A stretch of 64,000 nucleotides of DNA from Deltaproteobacteria bacterium (lineage in GTDB: Bacteria; SAR324; JACQKK01), in contig JAOUEW010000004.1 in assembly GCA_029858505.1 (NCBI GenBank), positions 2,520 through 66,519 of the forward strand, in the 5' to 3' direction. The translations under genes and the position numbers were made by a program. Numbering within the stretch: position 1 is the stretch's first letter; each line of letters opens with the position of its first letter. The notes under the pieces are model-generated. The model had not been told where the DNA came from. It did no database searches and saw nothing but the letters and a program-made list of their open reading frames with translations. Below, piece after piece: positions 1 to 9,567 of this stretch.

Positions 1-59
1 TTTTTTTGCGGCCGGGTTTTTACTCCAATCGTTCATTGTCGTAAGGACCTCTCCGAAAC

Positions 60-215
60 ACCCCTCTTCCGTGGGCATCCGAACAGCACCTCTCCCCCCT
101 GCCCCCCTCCCCAATCAGGGAGGGGGGATGGCTCGAATCCGAAAGGTGATGCGCTTGCTTCCGTTCGGACTTCACCAACCGAACGGATGAAAAGATAAGC
201 GGAGGAGGGGTGCTT
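60..215. repeat. Copy of dispersed modular intergenic repeat family (MITE/REP-like)
   Basis: GC hairpin 'gcccccctccccaatcagggagggggg' (101-127), box 'gctcgaatcc' (131-140), 'atgcgcttgcttccgttcgg' which is the reverse complement of 'ccgaacggaagcaagcgcat' seen near 50620, and the palindromic pair ccgttcgg(161-168)/ccgaacgg(179-186). The same modules recur at 3735, 18005, 33598, 35925, 50459, 55400 and 63207. Confidence 0.65.
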
Positions 216-360
216 TTTGGGAATCACTCAAAGCCAAAGGGGTATGAGATGGCTTCCGGCTTTCCCCATCGAACGATTGAATACAATCATTGATGGATTC
301 GAGTACAAACCAGCACAAATGGGATTCAGCAGGGAAAAAACCTGGGGAGGGATACGGGTA

Positions 361-1233
361 CTAACCTTGATTCAACGAGTTGTACAACGCGCTGGCCTGC
401 TGGGCTTCTTCCAGCCGGTTGGTTTTCATGTACACCGCCTTGCGGATGGCGTAAATTTCCTTGTTCACCGAATCCAGCTTTTCAGCCCTGTCGAGCAGGG
501 TTAGGCAATCGTTGTATTTTTCCTGAATCATCATCAGTCGGGCCATGGCAATCAGGTTGGGGGCGCTGCGGTCGTTGATGTTCAACGCCCGGTTTAAGAA
601 CCCCATGGCTTTCTCCATCCAATCTTTTTTCTTAACCGGGTCCTGCTCTAACCCCATGCCCTTCAGGCTGGCCATGGCCATGTTGCGGTAGGCCACATCA
701 TACTTGGAGTTCGCCTCAATGGCCGTTTTGAAAAACTCCATGGCCCCCTCATATTGATCCTGCATCAGCATCAGCACCCCCATGTTGTTGTTGGCCAGGG
801 GGTTGGTGGGTTCGGTGGCCAGGGTTTTTACCACCCCCAGTTTTTTCCGCTCGCTCTCTTCTTCTTTTTTCATGTTGAGCATGCGATAGGCCGCCGCCGA
901 CATGATGTACAGGGTTTCGTTCAGGCGGTCCACCATCACGGCTTTTTGCAGAATGGCCAGGGCTTCCTTCACGCTTTGGGTGCCCCCTTTTTGAATCAGC
1001 ATTTCGGCCCAGGCCACATAGGCCGGGATAAAGTTGGGGTCTTTCTCCACCGCCCGGCCAAACATCATGGCGGCCTGGTTAAACCCTTTTTGCTCGGCCA
1101 GCGCCTTGCCGGCTTTCACCAGGGCCGGGGGGGTGTCTCGCTGAAAATACGACATGGGGTTGAGTTTATCCAGAAACGATTTCTGGCTTCCCCCCGTGGC
1201 TCCCGAATTTTTTTGTTGGGTATCGTTGGCCAT
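361..1233 (-). CDS. Tetratricopeptide (TPR) repeat protein
   Basis: ORF 361..1311; internal ATG at 1231-1233 (MANDTQQ...) chosen as start. Multiple 34-aa TPR-like helical repeats (AxxxY/F, LGxxxEA patterns). Confidence 0.7.
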   Translation of the reverse strand: MANDTQQKNSGATGGSQKSFLDKLNPMSYFQRDTPPALVKAGKALAEQKGFNQAAMMFGRAVEKDPNFIPAYVAWAEMLIQKGGTQSVKEALAILQKAVMVDRLNETLYIMSAAAYRMLNMKKEEESERKKLGVVKTLATEPTNPLANNNMGVLMLMQDQYEGAMEFFKTAIEANSKYDVAYRNMAMASLKGMGLEQDPVKKKDWMEKAMGFLNRALNINDRSAPNLIAMARLMMIQEKYNDCLTLLDRAEKLDSVNKEIYAIRKAVYMKTNRLEEAQQASALYNSLNQG

Positions 1234-1357
1234 GGGCTGTGGGGGATGGGAGGGGGAACCGCGTTGATGGCGTTTGGGCTGTGAGCAGCCCACGGGGATT
1301 TGGCGGCGCAAACGATATTTTCAGACGGAGGCCCGCCTGGATTTCGAGCCTTATTTT

Positions 1358-1996
1358 CTACATTTCCCCAAGACTTGTCAAAGATTTATCCCCTATTTCA
1401 TACAACGATCCATCGGTGATAAGAGCGTGGAGAGGAATGTCCCAGGTGTCTTGGGGCAGGGGTTCGGCCAGCTGCAGCTGAAAGGCTGCCGCCGCCAACA
1501 AGGGGGGGTTGCCCAGCCGGTTCAGCCGGGCCAAAAAACGGTCGTAATAACCCTGCCCAAACCCCAGCCGCCCCCCTTGGCGGTCAAAGGCCAACCCTGG
1601 CACCACCACCAGCCCGGCATTCATCAGCAGGGCTTCGTCGGCGGGTTCTGCTGGTTCGGGCAGGGGAATGCCATAGGGGCCCGGAATCAACCGGTGGTTG
1701 GGCAAATAGTGTAGGCATTCCAGGCTGTTCCCTGGGCCCACCCGGGGCACCAAGGTGGTTTTGCCCAGGGCCCAGCAGGCTTGGAACAACGGGGCGGTGT
1801 CGGCTTCTTCTGGCAGGCTAAGGGGGGCATGTACCACCTTGGCTTGTAAAAATCCTGACCAGGCGGTGAACCGAGCCCATAACGCTTGGGTGGCTCGGGT
1901 CCGTTCTTCTGGCGGAAGGGCAGCCCGCCGTTGGCGGTATTCCCGGCGCAACCGGGATTTTTCGGCGGCGGTGGAAGACAAGTTTTGGGGGGTCAT
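1358..1996 (-). CDS. 5-formyltetrahydrofolate cyclo-ligase (MTHFS family)
   Basis: 212 aa; conserved C-terminal motif GxGxGYYDR (GFGQGYYDRFL) typical of 5-FTHF cyclo-ligase; ATG at 1994-1996 overlaps the stop of the upstream radical SAM gene (ATGA). Confidence 0.8.
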   Translation of the reverse strand: MTPQNLSSTAAEKSRLRREYRQRRAALPPEERTRATQALWARFTAWSGFLQAKVVHAPLSLPEEADTAPLFQACWALGKTTLVPRVGPGNSLECLHYLPNHRLIPGPYGIPLPEPAEPADEALLMNAGLVVVPGLAFDRQGGRLGFGQGYYDRFLARLNRLGNPPLLAAAAFQLQLAEPLPQDTWDIPLHALITDGSLYEIGDKSLTSLGEM

Positions 1997-3675
1997 GGGG
2001 TCACCGGTTCTTCTCCCGCAGGCTCCACCCGGGGGGTGAAAAAATATCCGCCCTCTTCTTCCTCAGGGTAATGGAAGGTGTACCACACCCGCCCTGGCAC
2101 CGGGGTCAGTTCGGCCCGTCCCTCCGCCAAGTTCAACCGGTGGCGGAAGGCCACGGTTAACCCCCGGCCGTGGCCCGCAATACCCAACGCGCTGGGCGGT
2201 TTGCCGCCTTCCCGCAGAAACTTGGGCAGGTGCACCACCCGCCGGTGGTGGCAGTAATCCAGCCGCAGCAGCCCCGCCAGTTCCACCGGGTCCGGCCAGG
2301 GCGGGGCTTCGGCGTTGGTGGAGAACTCCTCCAGCAGGTGGAGATACAGTTCATCCAGCGGCAGAGACCGGCTAAACAGCCCCAGCCGGGCAAACCGCCC
2401 CGCCAGCCGTTGAAATACATCCCAGGTGGGCAGGGCCTGGGCCAGCCGGGCCAGGGTAAACCGGAACCGCCCCGAATTGGCGTAAAGGTTATACACCGCC
2501 TCGAAGCCCTTCAGGTTCACCACCTCTTCGGCGGAAAGATCGTTGTGGCTCAGAAACTCGTAGGGGGGGCGGGATTGCACCCGGTAACCGTGGGCGACCC
2601 GCTGGGCGTTTACCGGGGCCCCCGGCAGAAACTTTAAAAACCCCAGTTGCAGTTCGTGGGGGCCCCAGGCCAGCACCGTTTCAAAACTGCGGCGGATGGC
2701 CGCCAGGTTTTCTCCCGGCAGCCCCCAAATTAAATCGGCGTGAAGATGCACCCGCCCAGCCTGGGCCAGCCGGGCCACTGCCGCCCCCAGGCGGTCTTCT
2801 TGCTGGCGGCGGTTCACCGCGGCTTTCACCGCGGGGTCGGTGGTTTGCACCCCCACCTCGAACTGAAACATGCCTGGGGGCACGGTGTCTAAAAAGTCTA
2901 GCAGGGGGTCGTCCAGCAGCCCCGCCACGATTTCAAAATGAAATTGGCAGCCGGAAAACCCGGTGAGCCATTGAAAGAACGCCAGGGTTTTGGCCCGGTC
3001 CAGGTTAAAGGTGCGGTCCAGAAATTTAATCCGCCGGGCCCCCTGGGCCATCAGCCAGCTCAGGTGTTCCCGCACGGCCTGGTCGTCAAACCTTCGCACC
3101 TGCTTGTCTAAAGAAGACAAGCAAAACGAGCAGCTGTAGGGGCAGCCCCGGCTGGTCTCCAGGTACACCATGCGTTGGTGAATGCCCTCCAGGTCTTCTT
3201 CCGTCCAGGGCAGTTGGGTTAACGGGGGCAGGTCGGTGCCATAGGTTTTCCAGCGGGAGAGTTGTTCTGGGGTGGGGGTTTGGTTTTGGGCCAGGGTGTT
3301 CAGCAGTTCTACCCATTTGCGCTCTCCCTCGCCAGAAATCAGCACGTCGGCCGGGGGCGGGGGGGCGGGGTCAAAACTGACCTCAGGGCCCCCCAGCACC
3401 ACCCAGGTTTCCGGCATCAGGCCCTTCAGCATTTCGGCCAGGGCCAGGGCTTCCTCCCGGTTCCATATGTACACGCTGATGCCCACCACCGCCGGGCGCC
3501 GGGAAAAAATTTCTTGGGCCATCCGCCACAGGGGGGTTTGAATGGTGTACTCGGCAGTCCACACCCCAGAAAACCCCGCCTGCCGGGCGGCGTTCCGCAG
3601 GTAGCGCACCGCTGGAGCCGCGTGAACATACTTGGCGTTCAGGGCCACCAGGCCGATGGAAGCGGATTTGTCCAT
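1993..3675 (-). CDS. B12-binding domain radical SAM protein (DUF4080-type)
   Basis: 560 aa; N-terminal cobalamin-binding-like region (VVGISVYIWN), radical SAM CxxxCxxC motif 'CPYSCSFC'; ATG at 3673-3675. Confidence 0.8.
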   Translation of the reverse strand: MDKSASIGLVALNAKYVHAAPAVRYLRNAARQAGFSGVWTAEYTIQTPLWRMAQEIFSRRPAVVGISVYIWNREEALALAEMLKGLMPETWVVLGGPEVSFDPAPPPPADVLISGEGERKWVELLNTLAQNQTPTPEQLSRWKTYGTDLPPLTQLPWTEEDLEGIHQRMVYLETSRGCPYSCSFCLSSLDKQVRRFDDQAVREHLSWLMAQGARRIKFLDRTFNLDRAKTLAFFQWLTGFSGCQFHFEIVAGLLDDPLLDFLDTVPPGMFQFEVGVQTTDPAVKAAVNRRQQEDRLGAAVARLAQAGRVHLHADLIWGLPGENLAAIRRSFETVLAWGPHELQLGFLKFLPGAPVNAQRVAHGYRVQSRPPYEFLSHNDLSAEEVVNLKGFEAVYNLYANSGRFRFTLARLAQALPTWDVFQRLAGRFARLGLFSRSLPLDELYLHLLEEFSTNAEAPPWPDPVELAGLLRLDYCHHRRVVHLPKFLREGGKPPSALGIAGHGRGLTVAFRHRLNLAEGRAELTPVPGRVWYTFHYPEEEEGGYFFTPRVEPAGEEPVTP

Positions 3676-3734
3676 GGAGATTCGCGAAGGGTTGGATTGT
3701 ATTCAGAATATCACGCCATGCCCCTGACTTCATC

Positions 3735-3990
3735 TGTCCAACCGTAGCTCGAAGCCTTCGGTTATTCTGTTCAACCGTTTGGATGAGAAGACCGAACGGA
3801 AGCAGGGCATAACCTTTCGGCGTTGTGTTGTTCCCGAACAGCACCCCTCCCTGGCGGCTTCGCCGCCTGTCCCTCCCCATTCGGAGAGGGACCATGCTCG
3901 AATCCAATGGATTCTGATTTTATCCGTTCGGAATACATGGGCTGGACGGAAGCAGGGCATAACCTTTCGGCGTTGCGTACCGGGATGCCC
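3735..3990. repeat. Composite copy of the intergenic repeat family with internal 30-nt exact direct duplication
   Basis: Modules 'gctcgaagccttcggttattctgttcaaccgtt', 'ccgaacggaagcagg', 'ccctccccattcggagaggga', 'gctcgaatccaatgg', 'ccgttcgg'. The 30-mer 'acggaagcagggcataacctttcggcgttg' occurs at 3796-3825 and again at 3936-3965. ORFs 3730..4083(-) and 3779..4126(+) are artefacts of this repeat. Confidence 0.7.
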
Positions 3991-4109
3991 AGGGTCAGGG
4001 TGTTGGTGGGAACTGGCGGCGGGGGGTGTTGTCTTCACAATCTTTCCCATCTCTTTACAAACCTCACTCTTTACCAACCTCACAATCCAAACATCGACAT
4101 ATACCCCGC

Positions 4110-4604
4110 CTAGGGCGCGCCGGTGACTTCCACTTCAACCTGGCCGTTGGTGCGCTTCTTCAGGGTAAAGGCCACGGCAGACACGCCGGATTCTTTGGGG
4201 TTGGAAATCCTCACTTGAACCCGGCAATGGCGGGTCATGCCATCGGTTCCGCCATCGGTGGGGTTTTCCAGCGACACGGTGTATTCCGCCGCGGCTTGGC
4301 GGCCGTATTCAAACACCATCTGATTGTACAGCACCCGTTCCACCAGTTTCTGGCCTTCGGGCAGATCGCAGGGGGGGGCCGCCACCGGGGGGTTGATGAA
4401 AAACACCAAGCTTCCCGCCAAGGCCAGGGCCGCCACCGACACTCCCCCAGTTACCCCCCAGCGGAACCGGGGCTGCTCGCGCCAGCGGGTTTTGTGGGCC
4501 TCCCACAAAATACGCAGGGGGTGGCGGGCCACCTCGTGGGCCACGTGGTCCAGGTCGGAGGGGAGATCGTTGTTGAGTCGCTTGCGGAAGAGTTTCAGCT
4601 TCAC
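4110..4604 (-). CDS. Hypothetical membrane-anchored protein
   Basis: 164 aa, GTG start at 4602-4604; one N-terminal TM segment (VSVAALALAGSLVFFI) then a soluble domain; same strand as sthA. The antisense + ORF 4026..4658 is H/G/R-rich junk. Confidence 0.55.
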   Translation of the reverse strand: MKLKLFRKRLNNDLPSDLDHVAHEVARHPLRILWEAHKTRWREQPRFRWGVTGGVSVAALALAGSLVFFINPPVAAPPCDLPEGQKLVERVLYNQMVFEYGRQAAAEYTVSLENPTDGGTDGMTRHCRVQVRISNPKESGVSAVAFTLKKRTNGQVEVEVTGAP

Positions 4605-4743
4605 TGGACCGTTGCTGGGGGGAGGAACATGAACCCGTGTGGCAAAGAGCTAGAGTAAAAGAACATGATATATGACAAAAGTAAAAAAAGGAGTAACAGG
4701 ACACGATAAAAGGGTTCCATTCCCCGGCAGGAATTGCAACCGC

Positions 4744-6132
4744 CTACAACCGATTGATGCCGTTCAGGGCGGCCACCCGGTAGCCTTCGGAAAAGGTGGG
4801 GTAGTTGTACACGCTGTCGATAAAGTATTCGATGGTCCCTTCATGGGCCATCACCGCCTGGCCAATGTGAATCAGGTCCGTGGCGTAGTCGCCCAGAATA
4901 TGCACTCCCAACAACTTCAGGGTATCGCGGTGGAACAGCAGCTTCATCCGCCCGGTGGTGGTGCCCATGATTTGCCCCCGGGCCAGCTCTTTGTAGGTGG
5001 CGGCACCCACCTCGTAGGGAATTTTGGCGCGGGTCAGGTCTTCCTCGGTGGCCCCCACGGTGGAGATTTCTGGAATGGTGTAAATGCCGGTGGGGATTAA
5101 ATTGAAACCGGGGTTATCCACCGGTTTGCCGCAGGCGTGCAGGGCGGCCAGGCGGCCCTGGTGCATGGCGGTGGCGGCCAGGGCCGGAAAGCCGATGACG
5201 TCTCCCACGGCGTAGATGTGGGGCACGGCGGTTTGAAACTGCGTGTTTACCTCCAATTGGTGGCGCTTGTTCACGGTAAGCCCCGCTTTGTCTAGGCATA
5301 GTTCGCGGGTGTTGCCGGTGCGCCCGTTGGCGAACAGCAGGTAATCGCTTTTCAGGGCCTTGCCCGACTCCATTTGGGCGTACACGTTTTCACTGTCATG
5401 CTCCACGCCGGTCAGGGTTTCGCCCAGGCGCAGGCGAATGCCCGCCTCGCGCATCAGGTAGGTGAGCATGTTGGCGATTTCCAGGTCTAAAAAATCCAGC
5501 ACGGTCATGCGGGGGTTGACCAAGTTCACCTTCACCCCCAGGTTGGAAAAAATCGTGGCGTACTCGCAGGCGATGACCCCGGCCCCAATGATGGTGAGGG
5601 TTTTGGGCACCTGGTGCAGGCCCAAGATGGTGTCGGCGTCCAACACCCTGGGGTTGGAGAAATCCAGCCATTCGGGGCGGTAGGGAGAGGACCCCGTGGC
5701 GATGATGATGTGCTCGGCCCGGATTTCCTCCGTGCCGGCCCCCCCGGCCAGGTTCACCCGCAGGGTGTGGGGGTCTTCAAAGGAAGCCACCCCGTTGAGG
5801 TAATCCACCTTGTTGCGCTCCAGGTTGCGTTCCAGCCGGTCGGTGAGAGAGAGGGTGGTGGCCCGGCGGCGGTGCATCAGGCGGTCAATAGAAAGATCGT
5901 GGTCCAACACAATGTTGATGCCGTAAATGGCCCGCTGCCGGGTGAGGGCAATGTATCGAACGCTTTCCCGTAGGGTTTTGCTGGGAATGGTGCCGGTGTG
6001 CAGGCAGCCCCCGCCGGGAAGGTTTTTTTCCACCACCAGCACGGTTTTTCCCAGTTTGGCGGCTTGAATGGCGGCCTTTTCGCCGCCGGGGCCAGATCCA
6101 ATCACCAACAGGTCATAGGTTTTCGCTGCCAT
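4744..6132 (-). CDS. sthA: Soluble pyridine nucleotide transhydrogenase (Si-specific NAD(P)+ transhydrogenase)
   Basis: Start MAAKTYDLLVIGSGPGG at 6130-6132; FAD motif GSGPGG, redox motif GGGCLHTGTIPSK, C-terminal ...YRVAALNGINRL closely parallels E. coli SthA over the whole length. Confidence 0.9.
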   Translation of the reverse strand: MAAKTYDLLVIGSGPGGEKAAIQAAKLGKTVLVVEKNLPGGGCLHTGTIPSKTLRESVRYIALTRQRAIYGINIVLDHDLSIDRLMHRRRATTLSLTDRLERNLERNKVDYLNGVASFEDPHTLRVNLAGGAGTEEIRAEHIIIATGSSPYRPEWLDFSNPRVLDADTILGLHQVPKTLTIIGAGVIACEYATIFSNLGVKVNLVNPRMTVLDFLDLEIANMLTYLMREAGIRLRLGETLTGVEHDSENVYAQMESGKALKSDYLLFANGRTGNTRELCLDKAGLTVNKRHQLEVNTQFQTAVPHIYAVGDVIGFPALAATAMHQGRLAALHACGKPVDNPGFNLIPTGIYTIPEISTVGATEEDLTRAKIPYEVGAATYKELARGQIMGTTTGRMKLLFHRDTLKLLGVHILGDYATDLIHIGQAVMAHEGTIEYFIDSVYNYPTFSEGYRVAALNGINRL

Positions 6133-6253
6133 GGGGCCTCTGCGATGGGGGGTGAGGGGTATTCCAAAGGTGTCTCTTGTTGTACGCCCATGGGGGGGAA
6201 TTTGGCAAAGCCAGCCCCGCATGGAGAGATAAATTCATGATAGGCTTTTCCCC

Positions 6254-7204
6254 ATGAAACCCAACCTGGAAAAAAGGGTGATGCTGGCCTTGAGAGAGAT
6301 CTCCAGCCAGGGCCCCCGGCTGGACGGCACCGGCTTGGTGCTGGTGAGCGGTGGCTCCGACTCTACGGCCCTGCTGCGGCTGCTGCATGCCCTCACCCCC
6401 CGCTTTGGCTGGGGGCTAGAGGTGGTGCACTTTCACCACGGCTTGCGGCCCGAGGCCGAGGCCGAGGCGGCCTGGGTGGCGGCCCTTGCCGAACGCTTGG
6501 GGCTGCCCTGCCACGTGCGGCGGGGGACCCACTTGGCCGGGCAGCCGGGGCTGCAGGCCCGGGCCCGGGCTTGGCGGCAACAAGAAACCCGGGCCCTGCT
6601 GGCGGAGCGGGGGGCGGCTTGGGCGGCCACCGGCCACCAGGCCGGGGACCAGCGGGAAACCCTGCTGATGAAATGGCTGCGGGGGGCCCACCTGGCCCAT
6701 CTGCGGGGGATGGAGCCTTGGCAGCCCCCCCATCTGCGCCCCCTGCTGGGGGTGGAGCGGGAAACCCTGCGGGAATACTTAACCGGGCTGGGCCAGGGCT
6801 GGCTGGAGGACCCCACCAACCACTCGCCCCGTTACAAGCGCAACCGGGTGCGGAACGAATTGATTCCCCTGCTGGAGGAATTGTGCGGAAACCTGCCCCA
6901 ACGGCTGGAGACCCTGGCGGCTCAAAGCACCCAACTGGAAGCTTGGCTGAACCGCCTGCCGGAACCAGCCCAGGGGGTGGAGGGTGCCCCCTGGGTGTCG
7001 GCTGGGGAGCTGGCCGCCCTGCCAGCCCTGGCCAGGGGGTATCTGCTGCACCGGTTTGTGGAACGCCAGGGGGTGGGTTTGGAGTTCCGCCACCTGGAAC
7101 CGGCGGTGGAACTGCTGGAGACCAACCAGGGGGGCTGGCGGCTAGACCTGCCGGGGGGGCGGTGCCTGAAAAGAGAGCGGGACAAACTGTGGCTGGAGGG
7201 GTGA
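6254..7204 (+). CDS. tilS: tRNA(Ile)-lysidine synthetase
   Basis: 316 aa; PP-loop motif SGGSDS (LVLVSGGSDSTALL); ATG at 6254. Confidence 0.85.
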   Translation: MKPNLEKRVMLALREISSQGPRLDGTGLVLVSGGSDSTALLRLLHALTPRFGWGLEVVHFHHGLRPEAEAEAAWVAALAERLGLPCHVRRGTHLAGQPGLQARARAWRQQETRALLAERGAAWAATGHQAGDQRETLLMKWLRGAHLAHLRGMEPWQPPHLRPLLGVERETLREYLTGLGQGWLEDPTNHSPRYKRNRVRNELIPLLEELCGNLPQRLETLAAQSTQLEAWLNRLPEPAQGVEGAPWVSAGELAALPALARGYLLHRFVERQGVGLEFRHLEPAVELLETNQGGWRLDLPGGRCLKRERDKLWLEG

Positions 7205-8077
7205 CTACTTTTTGGGCGGGCGGTAGAAGCTGGCCAAAATGGCCGCCAATTGTTGGGGGTTTTCGGCGGCGGCGCAGCCCTCGGGGTGGGTGGCAATTTT
7301 GCACAGGGCGGCATACTGGGGGTCGTTGGGAGAAACGTAAAACCCAATGATGTGGATGGTGACCCAGGGCACCTTTCGCCGGGCGGCCTCCACCGCGGCC
7401 AGGGTGTAGGGGCTTTGGCCCCAGTCCTCTCCGTCGGACACCACCACCAACACCGGGAAGCGCTCGCCGGATTTGTACAGGGGCACGTCGGCGGGGTTGT
7501 TGAAGATATCAAGGGTTTTCACCACCGCCATGTACAGGTTGGTGCCAGCGGCGGTGCGGAGGCCCTTTAACCGGGCGCGGAAGTTTGCCCGCACCGGGGA
7601 ATTTTTCTTCCCCAGGGTCACAAACCCCTGGCTGCTCCCTTCTCCCCCTCCCCCTTCTCCTCCCTCCAGGGGGTGGGGAGACAAAATGGAATTGAAGCTC
7701 CACAGTTGCAGCCGGGTTTCCGGCTTCATGTCTTGTTCCACTCCCCGCAGGGCTTCCATGGCTTCGTCTAGCCGGGTGCGGCCCCGGCCGGGAATCTCGT
7801 TCAGCATGGAATCGGAGGTATCCACCAGCAGCACCACGGTGGGGTAGGGCTCGGGGGGGAGGGCGGGCTGGGGGGGCCTGGCGGCCGCGGCCGCGGCCGG
7901 AACCGTGGGCCGGGGAGCGGGCGGATTGGGTTGAGCGGTGGGTGGGGCTTCCCGCACAAACTGGGTGCCCTCTTCGTTCACCACGTCGGGCACAAACACC
8001 TGGGCCAAGGCGGGGCTGCCAGCCAAACAAGCCAGCAGCGCCAGCAGCAGCCCGCGGATGTGTGTGCTCATGAACAT
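7205..8077 (-). CDS. Secreted von Willebrand factor A (VWA) domain protein
   Basis: ORF 7205..8116; start moved to MFMSTHIRGLLLALLACLAGSPALAQ (signal peptide, ATG 8075-8077). MIDAS motif 'VVLLVDTSDSM' (DxSxS); Pro/Ala-rich linker. Confidence 0.75.
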   Translation of the reverse strand: MFMSTHIRGLLLALLACLAGSPALAQVFVPDVVNEEGTQFVREAPPTAQPNPPAPRPTVPAAAAAARPPQPALPPEPYPTVVLLVDTSDSMLNEIPGRGRTRLDEAMEALRGVEQDMKPETRLQLWSFNSILSPHPLEGGEGGGGEGSSQGFVTLGKKNSPVRANFRARLKGLRTAAGTNLYMAVVKTLDIFNNPADVPLYKSGERFPVLVVVSDGEDWGQSPYTLAAVEAARRKVPWVTIHIIGFYVSPNDPQYAALCKIATHPEGCAAAENPQQLAAILASFYRPPKK

Positions 8078-8271
8078 GGCTCCAGTGTGTGAATGGCCGG
8101 GTCTTACTCCATTCATTCCAAATCAACGGGCACTTGGCAAGAAAGCCATGGCTTAGGAAAATGGACGTGTCTTAAAAAAAGCCTTGGCTTGGCAAGGAAA
8201 AGAAGGAAAGGGTAGAATTTAGTTGGGGGTTTTCTCCCCGATCCATCACCCTTATCCTAGGTCATGCTCCC

Positions 8272-8823
8272 ATGAAGATTTCTGGCTGGAAAAAGTGGGC
8301 CCTGGCGGCCCTGGGGCTGTTTGTGCTGGGCACTGGCGTGGCGACTCTGGTGGCCGCCCCCAAGCACAACCCCGACCTGCGTAACCAGAACCCCATCGTT
8401 AGCGAAGCGGGGGATAAAATTCTGCGCAAGGCTTGTTTCGACTGCCACTCGAGCGAAACCCACTGGCCCTGGTATTCCAACGTTCCCCCCGTGTCGCTGC
8501 TGGTGGCCTTGCACGTGAAGGAAGGCCGGGAGCATTTGAATTTCTCCAAGTGGGACACCCGCCCCCAAGAGAAAAAAGCCAAACGGCTGCAAAAAGCCCT
8601 GCATGAAATTCGGGAGGGAGAAATGCCCGAGGGGACCTATCTCATCATGCACCCTGAAGCCCGGCTGACCAAGGAAGAAGTGGACACCCTGACCCAGGAA
8701 GTGGCCCGGGTGTATGGTGAGGAATACACCAAGCCCCCCAAGAAAAAGGACCACGATCACAAAGAGGGAGAAGAACACGAGAAGGGTGAAAAACACGAAG
8801 AAGAGGAACACGATGAGGAGTAA
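8272..8823 (+). CDS. Heme-binding domain protein (membrane-anchored, CxxCH) with acidic His/Glu-rich tail
   Basis: 183 aa; N-terminal TM anchor; 'ACFDCHSSETHWPWYSNVPPVS' resembles the Haem_bd family motif; C-terminus HDHKEGEEHEKGEKHEEEEHDEE. Confidence 0.65.
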   Translation: MKISGWKKWALAALGLFVLGTGVATLVAAPKHNPDLRNQNPIVSEAGDKILRKACFDCHSSETHWPWYSNVPPVSLLVALHVKEGREHLNFSKWDTRPQEKKAKRLQKALHEIREGEMPEGTYLIMHPEARLTKEEVDTLTQEVARVYGEEYTKPPKKKDHDHKEGEEHEKGEKHEEEEHDEE

Positions 8824-8878
8824 TATTTTCTAGCAACCATTTCCCAGTGCTTTCCCTCGTTCGTTTGCATGCGGCTAA

Positions 8879-8925
8879 ACACCTCTCCATGGGGTTGATC
8901 AGATCCATGGAGAGGTGTTTTTTTT
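8879..8925 (+). terminator. Rho-independent terminator after the heme-binding protein gene
   Basis: Perfect 13-bp stem 'cacctctccatgg'(8880-8892)/'ccatggagaggtg'(8905-8917), 12-nt loop, then T8 run 8918-8925. Confidence 0.8.
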
Positions 8926-8960
8926 CGCCGTCCTACCCACCGGCAACCAACACGTCCGAT

Positions 8961-8996
8961 TTTTTGCTCAGAAATGAAAAGGGGGCCGCAGCCCCC
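8961..8996 (-). terminator. Rho-independent terminator for the minus-strand lipoprotein gene
   Basis: Hairpin 'gggggccgcagccccc' 8981-8996; on the minus strand it is followed by U-rich 'ttttcatttctgagcaaaaaa' (complement of 8961-8980). Confidence 0.6.
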
Positions 8997-9033
8997 TATC
9001 CACCAGCGAATTCGTGTCTGGGATGCCCGGGGT

Positions 9034-9567
9034 TTATTGGTCGGACCCCCGGGTGACTTGGAAATACAAGGTGCCGCAGTTTTGTAAGATGGCCCGTTGG
9101 CCCTGAGACCACCATTCGCTGCCTCCTCCAGATGTACAACCCACGACAGCGGTGGGGATCCCGTTATGCATTTCATAGATGGAGCCAGATATGGTCCCGA
9201 TACTAAAAGGTGGGGGGGGGGTATCTACTTCCCAGATGTCTCCCCAGCCATTGTTTTTATGATAATGCGCCAAGCCAATCCAGCGGATTTGGGCCCCCAT
9301 CTGATTGACTGCTCCGGTCATCGTGGTAAATGAACTAGTCTGATTAAAAGCCGCCACGTAGGGGTCCTTCCCAAAGGGAGAGTTGGCCGATGGGGCACCT
9401 TCATAAGTAATGGGGGGGGTGGTTCCACCCGCAGAACTTACCACGAAATAATCTTTTTCGTTTCCCCCGCCGCAGCCGCCCAGGGCCAACAGCCCCACCA
9501 ACAGGGCGGCCCCCCAAGCCAACCGGGCCGGTATCGACGGAATAATTTTTAAGTATTTGTTATTCAT
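9034..9567 (-). CDS. Hypothetical lipoprotein
   Basis: 177 aa; ATG 9565-9567; signal peptide with lipobox LALGGC; Gly/Ser/Thr-rich mature part; gene body noticeably lower GC (~52%) than neighbours. Confidence 0.65.
   Translation of the reverse strand: MNNKYLKIIPSIPARLAWGAALLVGLLALGGCGGGNEKDYFVVSSAGGTTPPITYEGAPSANSPFGKDPYVAAFNQTSSFTTMTGAVNQMGAQIRWIGLAHYHKNNGWGDIWEVDTPPPPFSIGTISGSIYEMHNGIPTAVVGCTSGGGSEWWSQGQRAILQNCGTLYFQVTRGSDQ

Noticed and set aside
131-140. Possible tRNA gene suggested by the box 'gctcgaatcc' resembling a tRNA T-arm (GGTTCGAATCC)
   Set aside because: The box has C where the invariant T54 would be, no acceptor or anticodon stems could be paired around any copy, and the box recurs eight or more times as part of a larger repeat. 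No tRNA is called.
33-227. 64-aa minus ORF at the window start
   Set aside because: Lies within the repeat-family copy at 60-215.
3730-4126. ORFs 3730..4083(-) and 3779..4126(+)
   Set aside because: Both lie entirely within the intergenic repeat and its 30-nt duplication; the frames are kept open by repeat symmetry, not by coding.
6393-7304. 303-aa Pro/Gly/Ala-rich ORF on the minus strand overlapping tilS, plus nested ORFs 6416..6733, 6433..6819, 6571..7350 and 6922..7512
   Set aside because: Antisense or off-frame to a well-supported tilS; low-complexity composition typical of spurious frames in high-GC DNA.
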